Shown one piece after another: positions 1 to 9,416 of a stretch of 20,000 bases of DNA. The position numbers and the translations under genes are program-made. Positions within the stretch are counted from its first letter, which is position 1. Each line of letters begins with the position of its first letter. The DNA comes from Chiloscyllium plagiosum. Taxonomy: Eukaryota. The stretch is taken from NCBI RefSeq assembly GCF_004010195.1, contig NC_057717.1, positions 103,918,177-103,938,176 of the forward strand, written 5' to 3'. Below the pieces are notes generated by a model. It saw only the letters and a list, made by a program, of their open reading frames with translations. It was not told where the DNA came from and made no database searches.

Positions 1-29
1 AGAGTTATGACGGAAAAGGCAGGAAATTC

Positions 30-140
30 TTTCTAATTTCAAAAATATACTTTATTCATAAAAATATCTTTATGTAGATACATAGTCACCAAAGCAGTTC
101 AGTTCTGTACAGTAGCATAGGATGAAACAAACAAACATTG
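30..140 (-). mobile_element. Probable 3' UTR end of a Tx1/L1-clade LINE (alternatively a transcript 3' end)
   Basis: Minus strand reads ...GATATTTTTATGAATAAAGTATATTTTTGAAATTAGAAAGAA, with AATAAA at 51-56 followed by an A-rich remnant. It resembles shark Tx1-type 3' ends as I recall them; not checked against a library. Confidence 0.4.
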
Positions 141-159
141 TCAGTTCTGAGGTAGGGTC

Positions 160-414
160 CATAAGACATAGGAGCAGAAATGAGGCCATTCAATCATGGC
201 TGATACGTTTCTCAACCCTATTCTCCTGCTTTCTCCCTGTAACTCTTGATTCATTTGATATTCAAGAACATATCTATCTCAGTCTTAAACATACTCAATG
301 ACCTGGCCTCCACAGCCTTTTGTGGTGATGATTTCGATAAATTCACCACTCTCTGGCTGAAGACACTTCTCCTTATCTCCATTCTAAAAGGTGTTCCATT
401 TACTCTGAGGCTGT
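160..414 (-). mobile_element. CR1 LINE 3' end remnant
   Basis: Begins cataagacataggagcagaaatgaggccattc and continues aatgacctggcctccacagcc...ttcaccactctctggctgaag, which is homologous to the RT C-terminal part of the CR1 at 6040-6110. Confidence 0.7.
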
Positions 415-503
415 CATGGAACCTGAAACACTAACTTTGATTTCTCTTCACAAATGCTGCCAGACCTGCACAGTTTTTCCAGTGACTTCTGATTTTTCTT
501 TCA
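411..503 (+). mobile_element. Degraded Penelope-like terminal fragment (same family as 11030-11260)
   Basis: gtcatggaacctgaaacactaactttgatttctcttcacaaatgctgccagacctgcacagtttttccag aligns by eye with 11131-11222 (ggtcaccggactcgaaatgtgaatgttgtttctctttccacagatgctaacagacctgcagagtttctccag). Confidence 0.55.
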
Positions 504-891
504 AACAAACGTTGGAGTTTGACTGTATCCAGCAAGCAAACCAAAGGACATTCTTAAGTGTACAAGATTATATTTATATATATTTGAGGCACCAGGAGGG
601 TCCAATGCATTAAAGCCCCACCAATTTATCTTTGGCCACTTTCCTTATGTGGGTGGCTTGCTATCAACTCTTGCTCAATAGCATTTTGCTAAAGCATCTT
701 ACGACTTTAAAGTTGTTACATAAATACAAAAAAAAGTAATTTTATTTTATATCCCAGGAGCGTAGACGTGTGTTTAAATTGATTAAATAATATCAGTTGT
801 ACCCTATGGAGTTCCCGATTGCAGTGGGACTGAAACACACACCTAAATGAATTGCAGGTACCCTGCTCCAGGTGTGCTATCTGGAAGCGCC

Positions 892-1086
892 CTGGGGGTT
901 GTAGTCCGGAGCAGTCCACAGACTACATTTCCCGGCGTGCAAGGGGGAGGAGCTCACTGGGAGTTGTAGGCCGGAGTGTACCTGAGACTACATTTCCCGG
1001 CATGCAAGGGGAAGGTGCCCACTGGGTGTTGTAGGCCTGAGTATCCCGGAGACTACATTTCCCGGCGTGCAACGGGGGCGGCGGTC
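892..1086. repeat. Three tandem diverged 65-bp units
   Basis: The GACTACATTT anchor recurs at exactly 65-bp spacing (921, 986, 1051). Each unit starts CTGGGnGTTGTAG and ends ...CA. Confidence 0.9.
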
Positions 1087-1262
1087 ACGAACGAGCCTGT
1101 GAATGGCTAGTGGTTCGCCTGCGCCAATGGGTGACCGCGGGAGACGCATGCGCGGGACGGGGTGCGTGAAGGGGAGGCGGCGGGCGGGAGTCTTGGAAAC
1201 GGAGCGAGAGGGCGGCCTCGGGTTCAGGCTCAGGCCGGGACCAGGACCTGGGGCTGGGGAGG
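892..1262 (+). promoter_or_regulatory. CpG-rich housekeeping-type promoter with six ZNF143/THAP11 (ACTACAnnTCCC) motifs, GC boxes, a CCAAT box and an NRF1-like site
   Basis: GACTACATTTCCCGGC(G/A)TGC at 921, 986 and 1051. Reverse TGGG(G/A/T)GTTGTAG at 893, 958 and 1023. GGGGGCGG at 1074-1081, CCAAT at 1124-1128, ACGCATGCGC at 1144-1153. CpG density is far higher than in the rest of the window. Confidence 0.85.
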
Positions 1263-1268
1263 GTGAGT
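1180..1268 (+). other. Putative non-coding first exon ending at a consensus splice donor (start approximate)
   Basis: GC-rich stretch downstream of the motif cluster, ending GG|GTGAGT with GT at 1263-1264. No ATG in the stretch; the gene identity cannot be determined. Confidence 0.5.
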
Positions 1269-1287
1269 GACACTACCCACACACACC

Positions 1288-1787
1288 NNNNNNNNNNNNN
1301 NNNNNNNNNNNNNNNNNNNNNNNNNNNNNNNNNNNNNNNNNNNNNNNNNNNNNNNNNNNNNNNNNNNNNNNNNNNNNNNNNNNNNNNNNNNNNNNNNNNN
1401 NNNNNNNNNNNNNNNNNNNNNNNNNNNNNNNNNNNNNNNNNNNNNNNNNNNNNNNNNNNNNNNNNNNNNNNNNNNNNNNNNNNNNNNNNNNNNNNNNNNN
1501 NNNNNNNNNNNNNNNNNNNNNNNNNNNNNNNNNNNNNNNNNNNNNNNNNNNNNNNNNNNNNNNNNNNNNNNNNNNNNNNNNNNNNNNNNNNNNNNNNNNN
1601 NNNNNNNNNNNNNNNNNNNNNNNNNNNNNNNNNNNNNNNNNNNNNNNNNNNNNNNNNNNNNNNNNNNNNNNNNNNNNNNNNNNNNNNNNNNNNNNNNNNN
1701 NNNNNNNNNNNNNNNNNNNNNNNNNNNNNNNNNNNNNNNNNNNNNNNNNNNNNNNNNNNNNNNNNNNNNNNNNNNNNNNNNNNNNNN
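1288..1787. other. Assembly gap (500 N, probably a placeholder size)
   Basis: Exactly 500 N, flanked by a CA-rich stub on the left and a minisatellite on the right. Confidence 0.99.
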
Positions 1788-2031
1788 CATCCATAGGAAC
1801 AGGGGGCACCATCCATAGGAACAGGGGGCACCAGATAGGGGCAGAGGGCACCATCGATAGGGACAGAGGGCACCAGATAGGGACAGAGGGCACCATCGAT
1901 AGGAACAGACGGCACCATCGATAGGAACAGAGGGCACCATCTATAGGAACAGAGGGCACCATCGATAGGAACAGAGGGCACCATCGATAGGAACAGAGGG
2001 CACCATGTATAGGAAGAGAGTGTACCATCTA
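1788..2031. repeat. 22-bp minisatellite (CACCATCGATAGGAACAGAGGG) with two 20-bp variant units, truncated by the gap
   Basis: Period 22 (ATAGGAAC at 1921, 1943, 1965); about 11 visible units, degenerating to the right. Confidence 0.95.
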
Positions 2032-2065
2032 CAAGATACACTGGAGTAACACCCAGGCTCTTCTG

Positions 2066-2300
2066 ACTGTACCTTCCTAAATCTGCAACATCTGACATCT
2101 AAAAGGACAAGGGCCTAAGGTATATAGAACACTCCCACTTACAAGTTCCCCTCTAAGCCACTCTTCATCCTGATGTGTAAATTTATCGCTGTTATTTCAG
2201 TGTTGCTGGGTCAGAATCCTGGAACTGTCTCCCGACCACGATTGTGTTGCACCTACAATAGCAATATGATTAAGTAGCCAAGCAGCACTTCATCAAGGAT
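2066..2300 (+). mobile_element. Old LINE (CR1/L2 group) 3' remnant
   Basis: aagccactcttcatcctgatgtgtaaatttatcgctgttatttcagtgttgctgggtcagaatcctggaac is homologous to 4378-4450 within this window. Confidence 0.6.
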
Positions 2301-2339
2301 GGGTTCCAATTAACAGCGAAGTCATGTTAAGATAAACCT

Positions 2340-2835
2340 AAGTAGTATGAGCAAGAGCAGATCTTTGAGCCTGCTCTGTATTCAAATGTGATTATGTCTG
2401 ATCTTCTCATTCCCCCTTTTACCCGCACTATCCCTCTATCCCTTCATGTTTTAACAATCTCAGCCTTGAACATTGCCTCAATCAAGGACAGGAAATGACA
2501 CCACCACAGGAAATGACATCGTCAACCCAAGGAAACCTAAACACAAATAGAAAGCGGGCCATGCCACCATTCGGAGGCCCAGTGAAGATGTTACCTAGAG
2601 TGGTGACCAAACGTCTGAAAACGAACCTTCCAGCTCAGCGAACAAACCTATATCCAGAACCTCAACCTGAAGTATAAATCTTTTCAAAACTCGCTAATAA
2701 CTTTCTGCAGCTGATCTTTCCCCAGATTCGCCACTCTGAGTGAAGATATTCATCCTCAGTTCAATCCCAAATAGCTATCCCCTCATCCAGCGACCGTGTC
2801 CCTTGGTTCTCGAAACAGCCTTTCTGCAATCTATG
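2340..2835 (-). mobile_element. Old CR1 3' remnant interrupted by the 2485-2697 insertion
   Basis: 2340-2482 and 2698-2835 resemble consecutive parts of the CR1 end at 160-414 (atctcagccttgaaca; agattcgccactctgagtgaaga). Confidence 0.55.
2485..2697 (+). mobile_element. Penelope-like terminal fragment with a degenerate hammerhead motif at 2580-2617
   Basis: CA-GTGAAGA-T-GTTACC-TAGAGT-GGTGAC-CAAA-CG-TC-TG: stem II, the ACGT palindrome and the short stem I are preserved; two core positions are substituted. Confidence 0.55.
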
Positions 2836-2950
2836 AGAGAAATACGGAGTTGCCTGGCCTACTGTGGCAGAGTTTCCACGCTCTGCCCAACAGTGCTTGA
2901 GGAGTATTGAACCCAGGGTTGAAGTGAGGAGATCAGAAGAGGCTGCTTAC

Positions 2951-3115
2951 CTGGCACTTCCACCCCGTACACTGCCACATCAGTCATGTTCAGGAGCTGA
3001 CTCAGGCAGCCCTCCACCTCAGTGGTTGAGACATTCTCCCCTCGCCAGCGGAAAGTGTCGCCGCTCCGGTCCTTGAAATACATGTAGCCGAGCTCGTCCA
3101 TAACCAGCACGTCAC
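2951..3115 (-). CDS. slc27a1: Long-chain fatty acid transport protein, internal exon (165 nt; equivalent to coding exon 10): [55 protein letters not shown]
   Basis: FATP signature (YFxDRxGDTFRWxGENVSTxEVE). Acceptor AG at 3117-3116, donor GTAAGC starting at 2950; phase 1-1. Confidence 0.95.
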
Positions 3116-3689
3116 CTGCAAGCCGCAGACAACGCACAGAGAGAATTACAAGGCACTCCGGAATTACGCCAGAACATCCCACTCAAGAAACACGTTGCTT
3201 CACGTTCAAGTCACTCAGCAGACAAGATCGGAAAATCAAAAAACGAACTTAAGAACTCCTGGGCAGGATTACAGGAACCTAAAAGGCAACAGAGCATAGC
3301 CACTGTCGTGTCAGCAAATGCTTACTGCAAGATCCCACCAACCCGTAAGCCAGGACCTTTGGGTGGCTTCGAACAATGCTCTGGGAGAGTAGGCATTAAG
3401 TTGAAGGTAAGTCAGGGCCAGGGTTCAATGTTTCATTGATACCACATTGGAGCGTCACCGTAACTTCTGCGATTGTGATGCCCTCGAATGAATGAGCTTC
3501 GGACAGAGGGGAGAGTACCACCCACTGAAACAAACAATCTCGTGCAGGATGGCATTTAGCAGGCAATGAAGGCTTTGTCAAGTGTTGCAAGCACTCATGG
3601 GACACATTCCAACCATTTGGGCACAGCAAAAGCTACCATATCTAACAAGGAGATAATGACTACAATCACTTTTAACCAACGTTGGTTAC

Positions 3690-3935
3690 AGGATAAATAT
3701 TGACCTGAACACCAGGGAGGTCACTCCTCACCCAACTCATTCCAAGTGGGACTGCGGGATCTTTCATGTCACTTGAAGTGGGGTGGGCGGGTTGGTGAAT
3801 TAGACCTTGGTTTCACATCTCACCTGAAAGAGAGCACTGTTACAGCAAGGCAGCAGGGGGTTTGTTTGGATTTGGTGCTCACATCTTAAGGATGGAACTT
3901 AGACTTTCTGACTCCGAGGCAAATGTGTCAATGAG
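3690..3935 (-). mobile_element. Degraded DeuSINE-type (SacSINE1/AmnSINE1-like) SINE
   Basis: ggataaatattgacc...gggatctttcatgtcac...ccttggtttcacatctcacctgaaagagagcac...ttctgactccgaggc matches the reverse Deu-core layout as recalled, and is a reverse-complement homologue of 10690-10750. Confidence 0.55.
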
Positions 3936-4027
3936 TTATGGATGAAACGGGTAGCAAGACAGAACATATGTAAAACCTCTGCGCTCACCCTGTGTGCCAT
4001 TAGTTGTATTTTTACCGCAGTTTGTAC

Positions 4028-4165
4028 CTGACAGGTAGGCGCTGTCTCCTTTCTTAAAGACGTTGTATGCAATCTTTTTGCTTGTGGCAGACTCGTTGGC
4101 GTAGCCATCAAACCGGCGAAGGGGGTCCTGCTGGTTAATGCGGCCTACCAACTGCCCCGGCTCAC
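4028..4165 (-). CDS. slc27a1: FATP internal exon (138 nt; exon 9): [46 protein letters not shown]
   Basis: AG at 4167-4166, GT at 4027-4026; phase 1-1. INQQDP and ESATSKKIA are FATP1-like. Confidence 0.95.
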
Positions 4166-4374
4166 CTGGCTCAAGAGAAGGAGAAAAAGGTCAAAGGTTG
4201 GAGAAATTCACTGGAGATTCCACTTAGTGTAGGCCCATGGGCTGGAACTGCCGGGAGCTGGTGAACCAAGACTGACTGAATAAGTGCATTCACACACAGA
4301 GAGGAAGGACTTTTGAGTACCTCTGTCATACCTTTCGGGCTTTTGAGGTGTTCCAAAAGGCACCACAGTCAATT

Positions 4375-4730
4375 GACAAGCCGCACTCCATCCTGACTTG
4401 GGAATATAATTGATGTTCCTTTACTGTCACTGGGTCAAAATCCTGGATCCCTCTTCCTAACAGCTCTGTGGCTGTCCATACACAGGTTTCATCTCTCTCA
4501 GCACCCCCGGCCCACAAGCCCCATTTCTGATGAAGGGCTTATGCCCGAAATGTTGATTCTCTTGCTCCTTGGATGCTGCCTGACCTGCTGTGCTTTTCCA
4601 GCACCACACTCTCGATGGCAGTCCACACACCCCAAGGACTGCACAAAGGCACTGTCCTCTTAAGGGAAATTAAGGAGAGCCAATGAATGCTGGCCCAGCC
4701 AGCAACGCTCTGAATAAATTAGAAAAAAAA
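4375..4730 (+). mobile_element. LINE (CR1/L2 group) 3' end with A-rich tail, interrupted by the 4484-4615 insertion
   Basis: Homologous to 2155-2255; ends caatgaatgctggcccagccagcaacgc...gaataaattagaaaaaaaa. The same tail occurs in reverse at 15512-15580. Confidence 0.65.
4484..4615 (+). mobile_element. 5'-truncated Penelope-like terminal repeat with a hammerhead core and a 15-bp target-site duplication
   Basis: CTGATGA(4527-4533)-A-GGGC-TTAT-GCCC-GAAA(4547-4550)-TG-TT. Flanks TGGCTGTCCATACAC (4469-4483) and TGGCAGTCCACACAC (4616-4630) match at 13/15. Same family as 6952-7080 and 10783-10984. Confidence 0.8.
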
Positions 4731-5131
4731 CACTTTTGGAAATCTAGTCAGATTCTTTCAAGATCCCTTTCTCTCGTTGCACCTGTCAGTATTCTATAAT
4801 TCCTGACGCAGACTGAAGAAGGTGAAACAAGAACATTGTGTCCTAGTTTCAGGGGAAGGTTGGCTGCAACAATGATATCTGGGATACAAACAGGAGACAA
4901 ACACTTCCGATTGCAGAAAACCACCGCACTGATAGCAAAACACCACGGCTTCTTTACACGTGCCTTACGTATCGATCTAAGCAGTGAAAGCCTGCAAGGA
5001 GGTTGGGAGGGGGCCAAAAAATACAAGAAGCCTGGCATTTGCAACAGAGCGATGTGGGATTGGTTTACTTACAAACACTTCCAATTAAGTGCCTTCATAA
5101 TGTAATAAACATCAGGCACAATTCTGCTCAA

Positions 5132-5148
5132 CGCCACTAGATGGTGAC
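5132..5148 (+). promoter_or_regulatory. Candidate CTCF site
   Basis: CGCCACTAGATGGTGAC is close to the CCACYAGRKGGCR core, with one C>T; motif match only. Confidence 0.4.
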
Positions 5149-5167
5149 AACTTCACACAATAGCAGG

Positions 5168-5403
5168 TGAAATACCTCCACAAAGGCCAGTATCCCATCA
5201 CCAAGTCACCCATTATTTACAGGCTCAAAGTGCGTGACACTGACCCAGCTCGCTCAGAGCTGGCACCGAGAGTGAGCAGTACCCCTGGCCCTCCTGTTTA
5301 TATCTGTCAGCCAGGGCTCCCCGATTGGACTCAGGTAACAGCCGCAATCAGGGAACATCATTCCAATCAGTACAGCAGGTACATCGCGCTAGTCTTTCTA
5401 ACA
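5168..5403 (-). mobile_element. Solo LTR (probably Gypsy-type), 236 bp
   Basis: Minus strand runs TGTTAG...TTTCA (TG...CA termini) with CCAAT, GATATAAA and a poly(A)-signal-like AAATAAT in LTR order. No PBS, PPT or clear TSD. Confidence 0.65.
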
Positions 5404-5674
5404 GTTGAGTCCCTGTTTTGAGTTCATCTCAGAAATGGAAAGCGCTCCCACTCTGTTCTGGCCCTCAGAATTCCCAGAAGTGTGAGGTCGGGCAAGCTGA
5501 GTTAGTTTCCATGAAAGCTGCAGGGCCGACCTGAACTGTGTGCTGCTTTTGCAGTGAATGGGGCTGGGTTGGGGGCACTGGTGGCTAATGACCTGGAAAC
5601 ACCAGCACAGACTCATCTAGAAAATCCATCTGGGATGGATTAGCTCTTTGGCAACTGCAAATCCTGATGATTAC

Positions 5675-5801
5675 CTGGTTTGCAGGGGATACACAGCCCA
5701 TTGGGACCTCGGATAAGCTCGAGAGTATCTTCATTAACCTTCAGCAGACGGATAGGATAGACCTGGGGCAAGATGCGGCTGTTAAACCCACAGGCGCCTA
5801 C
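5675..5801 (-). CDS. slc27a1: FATP internal exon (127 nt; exon 8): [42 protein letters not shown]
   Basis: Translated by hand (absent from the ORF track). Polypyrimidine tract plus CAG acceptor at 5803-5802; donor GTAATC starting at 5674; phase 0-1. Confidence 0.95.
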
Positions 5802-5912
5802 CTGTAGAAAAAAACAGAAGAAGAACAGTGATTCTGTACTGAATAACTAACATAAATAAGAGAGCTAAGTGTGCATCTTAGGAGCATATGTGGCCAAACT
5901 GATACCTTAATT

Positions 5913-6951
5913 ACATAGAACAGTACAGCACAGAACAGGCCCTTCAGCCCACGGTGTTGTGCCGATCATTGATCCTCGTATATGCACCCTCAAATATCTG
6001 TGACCATATGCATGTCCAGCAGTCTCTTAAATGTCCCCAATGACCCTGCCTCCACAACTGCTGCTGGCAACGCATTCCATGCTCTCACAACTCTCTGTGT
6101 AAAGAACCCACCTCTGACATCCCCTCTATACTTTCCTCCAACCAGCTTAAAACTATGACCCCTCGTGTTAGTCATTTCTGCCCTGGGAAATAGTCTCTGG
6201 CTATCGACTCTATCTATGCCTCTCATTACCTTGTATACCTCAATTAGGTCCCCTCTCCTCCTCCTTTTCTCCAATGAAAAAAGTCCGAGCTCAGTCAACC
6301 TCTCTTCATAAGATAAGCCCTCCAGTCCAGGCAGCATCCTGGTAAACCTCTTCTGAACCCTCTCCAAAGCATCCACATCTTTCCTATAATAGGGCGACCA
6401 GAACTGGACGCGGTATTCCAAGTGCGGTCTAACCAAAGTTTTATAAAGCTCCAACAAGATCTCACGACTCTTAAACTCAACCTCCTGTTAATGAAAGCCA
6501 AAACACCATATGCTTTCTTTACAAACCTGTCCACTTGGGTGGCTATTTTAAGGGATCTATGTACCTGCACACCAAGATCCCTCTGTTCCTCCACACTGCC
6601 AAGAATCCTACTCTCAGCCCATCTCTGCATCCTGTCAATGTCCTGCTGCAGCCTACAACAGCCCTCTATACGGTCACCGACACCTCCAACCTTTGTGTCG
6701 TCTGCAAACTTGCTGACCCATCGTCCAATCCCCTCATCCAAGTCATTAATAAAATTACAAACAGTAGAGGCCCAAGGACAGAGCCCTGTGGAACATCACT
6801 CACCACTGACTTCCAGACAGAATATTTTCCTTCTACTACCACTCGCTGTCTTCTGTTGGCCAGCCAATTCTGTATCCAGACAGCTAAGTTCCCCTGTATC
6901 CCATTCCTCCTGACCTTCTAAATGAGCCTACCATGGGGAACCTTATCAAAT
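5913..6951 (-). mobile_element. 5'-truncated CR1 LINE, RT C-terminal region with a frameshift and an internal deletion
   Basis: ORF-track peptides SKFADDTK and LYKTLVRPHLEYRVQFWSP...LERVQKRFTRMLPGL...FFTQRVVRAWNALP. 3' tail at 5913; internal deletion near 6610. Confidence 0.95.
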
Positions 6952-7080
6952 GGAAAAATGAGGACTGCAGATGCTGGAGGGCAGAGTCGAGAGTGTGGTG
7001 CTGGAAAAGCACAGCAGGGTCAGGCAGCATCCGAGGAGCAGGAGAATCGACGTTTCAGGCAGGAGCCCTTCTTTAGGAAT
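6952..7080 (-). mobile_element. Penelope-like terminal repeat including the tail, with a degenerate hammerhead at 7044-7080
   Basis: Minus strand ATTC-CTAAAGA-A-GGGC-TCCT-GCCT-GAAA-CG-TC-GATT; reverse-complement homologue of 4523-4615. Confidence 0.8.
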
Positions 7081-7230
7081 CCTTAATTGCAATGGCAATC
7101 CCTATCCCAAAATGGTCAGTGGAATCTTTCTTCTCAAGTCATTCCTAATGCCCATTCTCTCATTCACTGCCGACCCCCAAAATAAACATCCCATTGGGGA
7201 GCCTGGGTTAGTTCCAGAGTGAGTACCCAC

Positions 7231-7440
7231 CTTGCCGTCCAGGTTGGCGATGGCACAGTTGCACTCAGTTGCCCCATAGAACTCTGCCATCTGCTTGATG
7301 CGGAAGCGACTGGTGAAGGACTCCCAGACCGAGGGTCTCAGGCCGTTACCAATCGCCATACGGATGTGGTGCTGGCTTTCAGCCAGGCGGACCGGTTGGT
7401 TGAGGAGATACCGGCAAATCTCGCCAATGTACTGGACGAT
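7231..7440 (-). CDS. slc27a1: FATP internal exon (210 nt; exon 7): [16 protein letters not shown]...GNGLRPSVW...[19 protein letters not shown]
   Basis: EFYGATE adenylate-forming motif. AG at 7442-7441, GT at 7230-7229; phase 0-0. Confidence 0.95.
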
Positions 7441-7477
7441 CTGAAGAGCAACGGTCACATATTAACATCCAAGCAGA

Positions 7478-8781
7478 GAAGTGGTGTGCAGGTTGTTGGA
7501 GGGGATTCTGACAGATAACATTTACATGCATTTGGAAAAGCAAGGACTGATTAGGGATAGTCAACATGGGGCTTTGTGGGTGGGAAATCATCTCTCAAAT
7601 TTGATTGAGTTGTTTGGTGTGGTAACAAAGAGGATTGATGTGGGCAGAGTGGTGGACATCTCTATATGGTCTTAGGGAGGCGTTGGACAAGCTTATTTAT
7701 GGTAGACTGGTTAACAAGGTTACATCACATGGAATACAGGGAGAACGAGCCATTTGGATGCAACATTGGCTTGAAGGCAGGAGACAGAGGGTGGTGGTGG
7801 ACAGGGGTTTTCACACTGGAGCCCTGTAACCAGTAGTATTTGTCATTTATATAAATGATTTGGATGTGAACATAGGAGGTATAGTTAGTAAATTTGCAGA
7901 CGACACTTACATTGGAGCTTTAGTGGACAGTACACAACGGGACCTTGATCAGATGGGCCAATGGACCGAGAACTGGCAGGTGGACTTTAATTTAGATAAA
8001 TGTGGGGTGCTGCATTTTGGAAAGGCAAATCAGGGCAGGCTGTATACATTTAATGGTAAGGTCCTGGGGAATGTTGCTGAACAAAAACACCTTGGAGTGC
8101 AGGTTCATAGCTCCTTGAAAGTAGGACAGGACAGTGAAGAAAGTGTTTGTGTGCTTGCCTCTATTGTTCAGTGCTTTGAGTACAGGAGTTGGGATGTCAG
8201 ATTGCAGCTATACAGGACATTGGTTAAAACACTTTCGGAATACTGCATGCAATTCTGGTCTCTCTGTTGTAGGGAAGTTGTTGTGAAACTTGAAAGGGTT
8301 CAGAAAAGATTTCCAAGGATGTTGCCAGGGTTGGAGGGTTTGAGCTACAGGGAGAGGCTGAACAGGCTGGGGCTGTTTTCCCTGGAGCATTGGAGGCTGA
8401 GGGGTGATGTTATAGAGGTTTATAAAATCATGAGGGGCATGGATAGCGTAAATGGACAAGGTCTTTTCTCCAAGGTGGGAGGAATCTAAAACTAGAGGAC
8501 GCAAATATAAGGTGAGAGGAGAAAGATTTAAAAAGAGAACTGAAGGGCAACTTTTTCACGTAGAGAGTGGTGTGTGTGTGTGGAAAGAGCTGCCAGAGGA
8601 AGTGGTGGAGGCTGATACAATTACAACATCTGGATGGGGACATGAACAGGAAGAGTTTAGAGGGATATGGGCCAAATACTGGCAAATCAGACTAGATAAA
8701 TTTAGGATATCTGGTTGGCACGGATGAGTTGGCTCGAAGGATTTGTTTTTGTGCTATCCGCCTCTATAACTCTACGACTAA
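7478..8781 (+). mobile_element. 5'-truncated, degraded CR1 LINE (RT domain to 3' tail)
   Basis: Peptides LIRDSQHG, WLEGRRQRVVV, SKFADDT and LERVQKRFPRMLPGL; ends in a ctctataactctacgact tail. Confidence 0.95.
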
Positions 8782-9158
8782 GTGGCTGTGGTCTGGAATG
8801 AACCGCCTATGAGTGGTGTGCAGGCAGGTACAATTAATTTTCTTTGGAAAACCTCAAATGGTCATTTGAAAGGAACAAGGAGGATTATGGGGAGAAGGTG
8901 GGAGAATAGCTCTAGATGAGGTGTTCATTCAGAGAGCCAGCGCAGACGCAATGGGTTGAACGGCCTCCTTCTATATTGCAACACTTCTGCCATTGAGAGA
9001 TATTCAAGGCTGACATTTTGTAAGCATTAACGGAGTCAAGAAACATGGGGATTGGGCAAGTAAAGTGGAGTGGAGTGGAAAGGAAATAGAGCATCCTCCA
9101 CCTTATTCAATGGTCATAGGCTTGAAGGCCTGAATGGCCTACTGCGGGCTGTATTTTT
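8782..9158 (+). mobile_element. Two further old CR1 3'-end remnants in tandem
   Basis: atgggttgaacggcctccttct near 8950-8972 and gaaggcctgaatggcctact near 9124-9143 are CR1-type 3' UTR motifs. Confidence 0.6.
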
Positions 9159-9306
9159 TCTCACACAATCCTGCTCCTGAGCACTTTCAGTGCAAACGGG
9201 CAGGCAGCCAGGCCAATGTGGGTGAGGGGGAGATGTGGGTGCTGAGCTGGAAGCGAACAGAAACCCCGAGTGTGCACAGCACAGAGAGAGGCTTGTAAAC
9301 ACTCAC

Positions 9307-9416
9307 TGTGCAGTTGTACTTCACGCAGTCATCCCAGAATCGACTCGCCGAGAACTTCTTTTTGATCACAACAGTCAGGCCGTGCAGGACGCACTGTCCC
9401 ACACCAACTATGTTGC
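9307..9416 (-). CDS. slc27a1: FATP internal exon (110 nt; exon 6): [37 protein letters not shown]
   Basis: [11 protein letters not shown] motif. AG at 9418-9417; donor GTGAGT starting at 9306; phase 1-0. Confidence 0.95.

Noticed and set aside
1085..2098. Long ORFs of 177-337 aa
   Set aside because: They run through the N gap and the 22-bp repeat, so they are artefacts.
2550..2580. Minus-strand GGMAR as the missing exon 11 (AGMAA)
   Set aside because: There is no flanking FATP similarity and it lies inside a Penelope-like fragment.
5990..8489. Functional reverse transcriptase genes in the CR1 ORFs
   Set aside because: Both copies are 5'-truncated, frameshifted and carry internal deletions.
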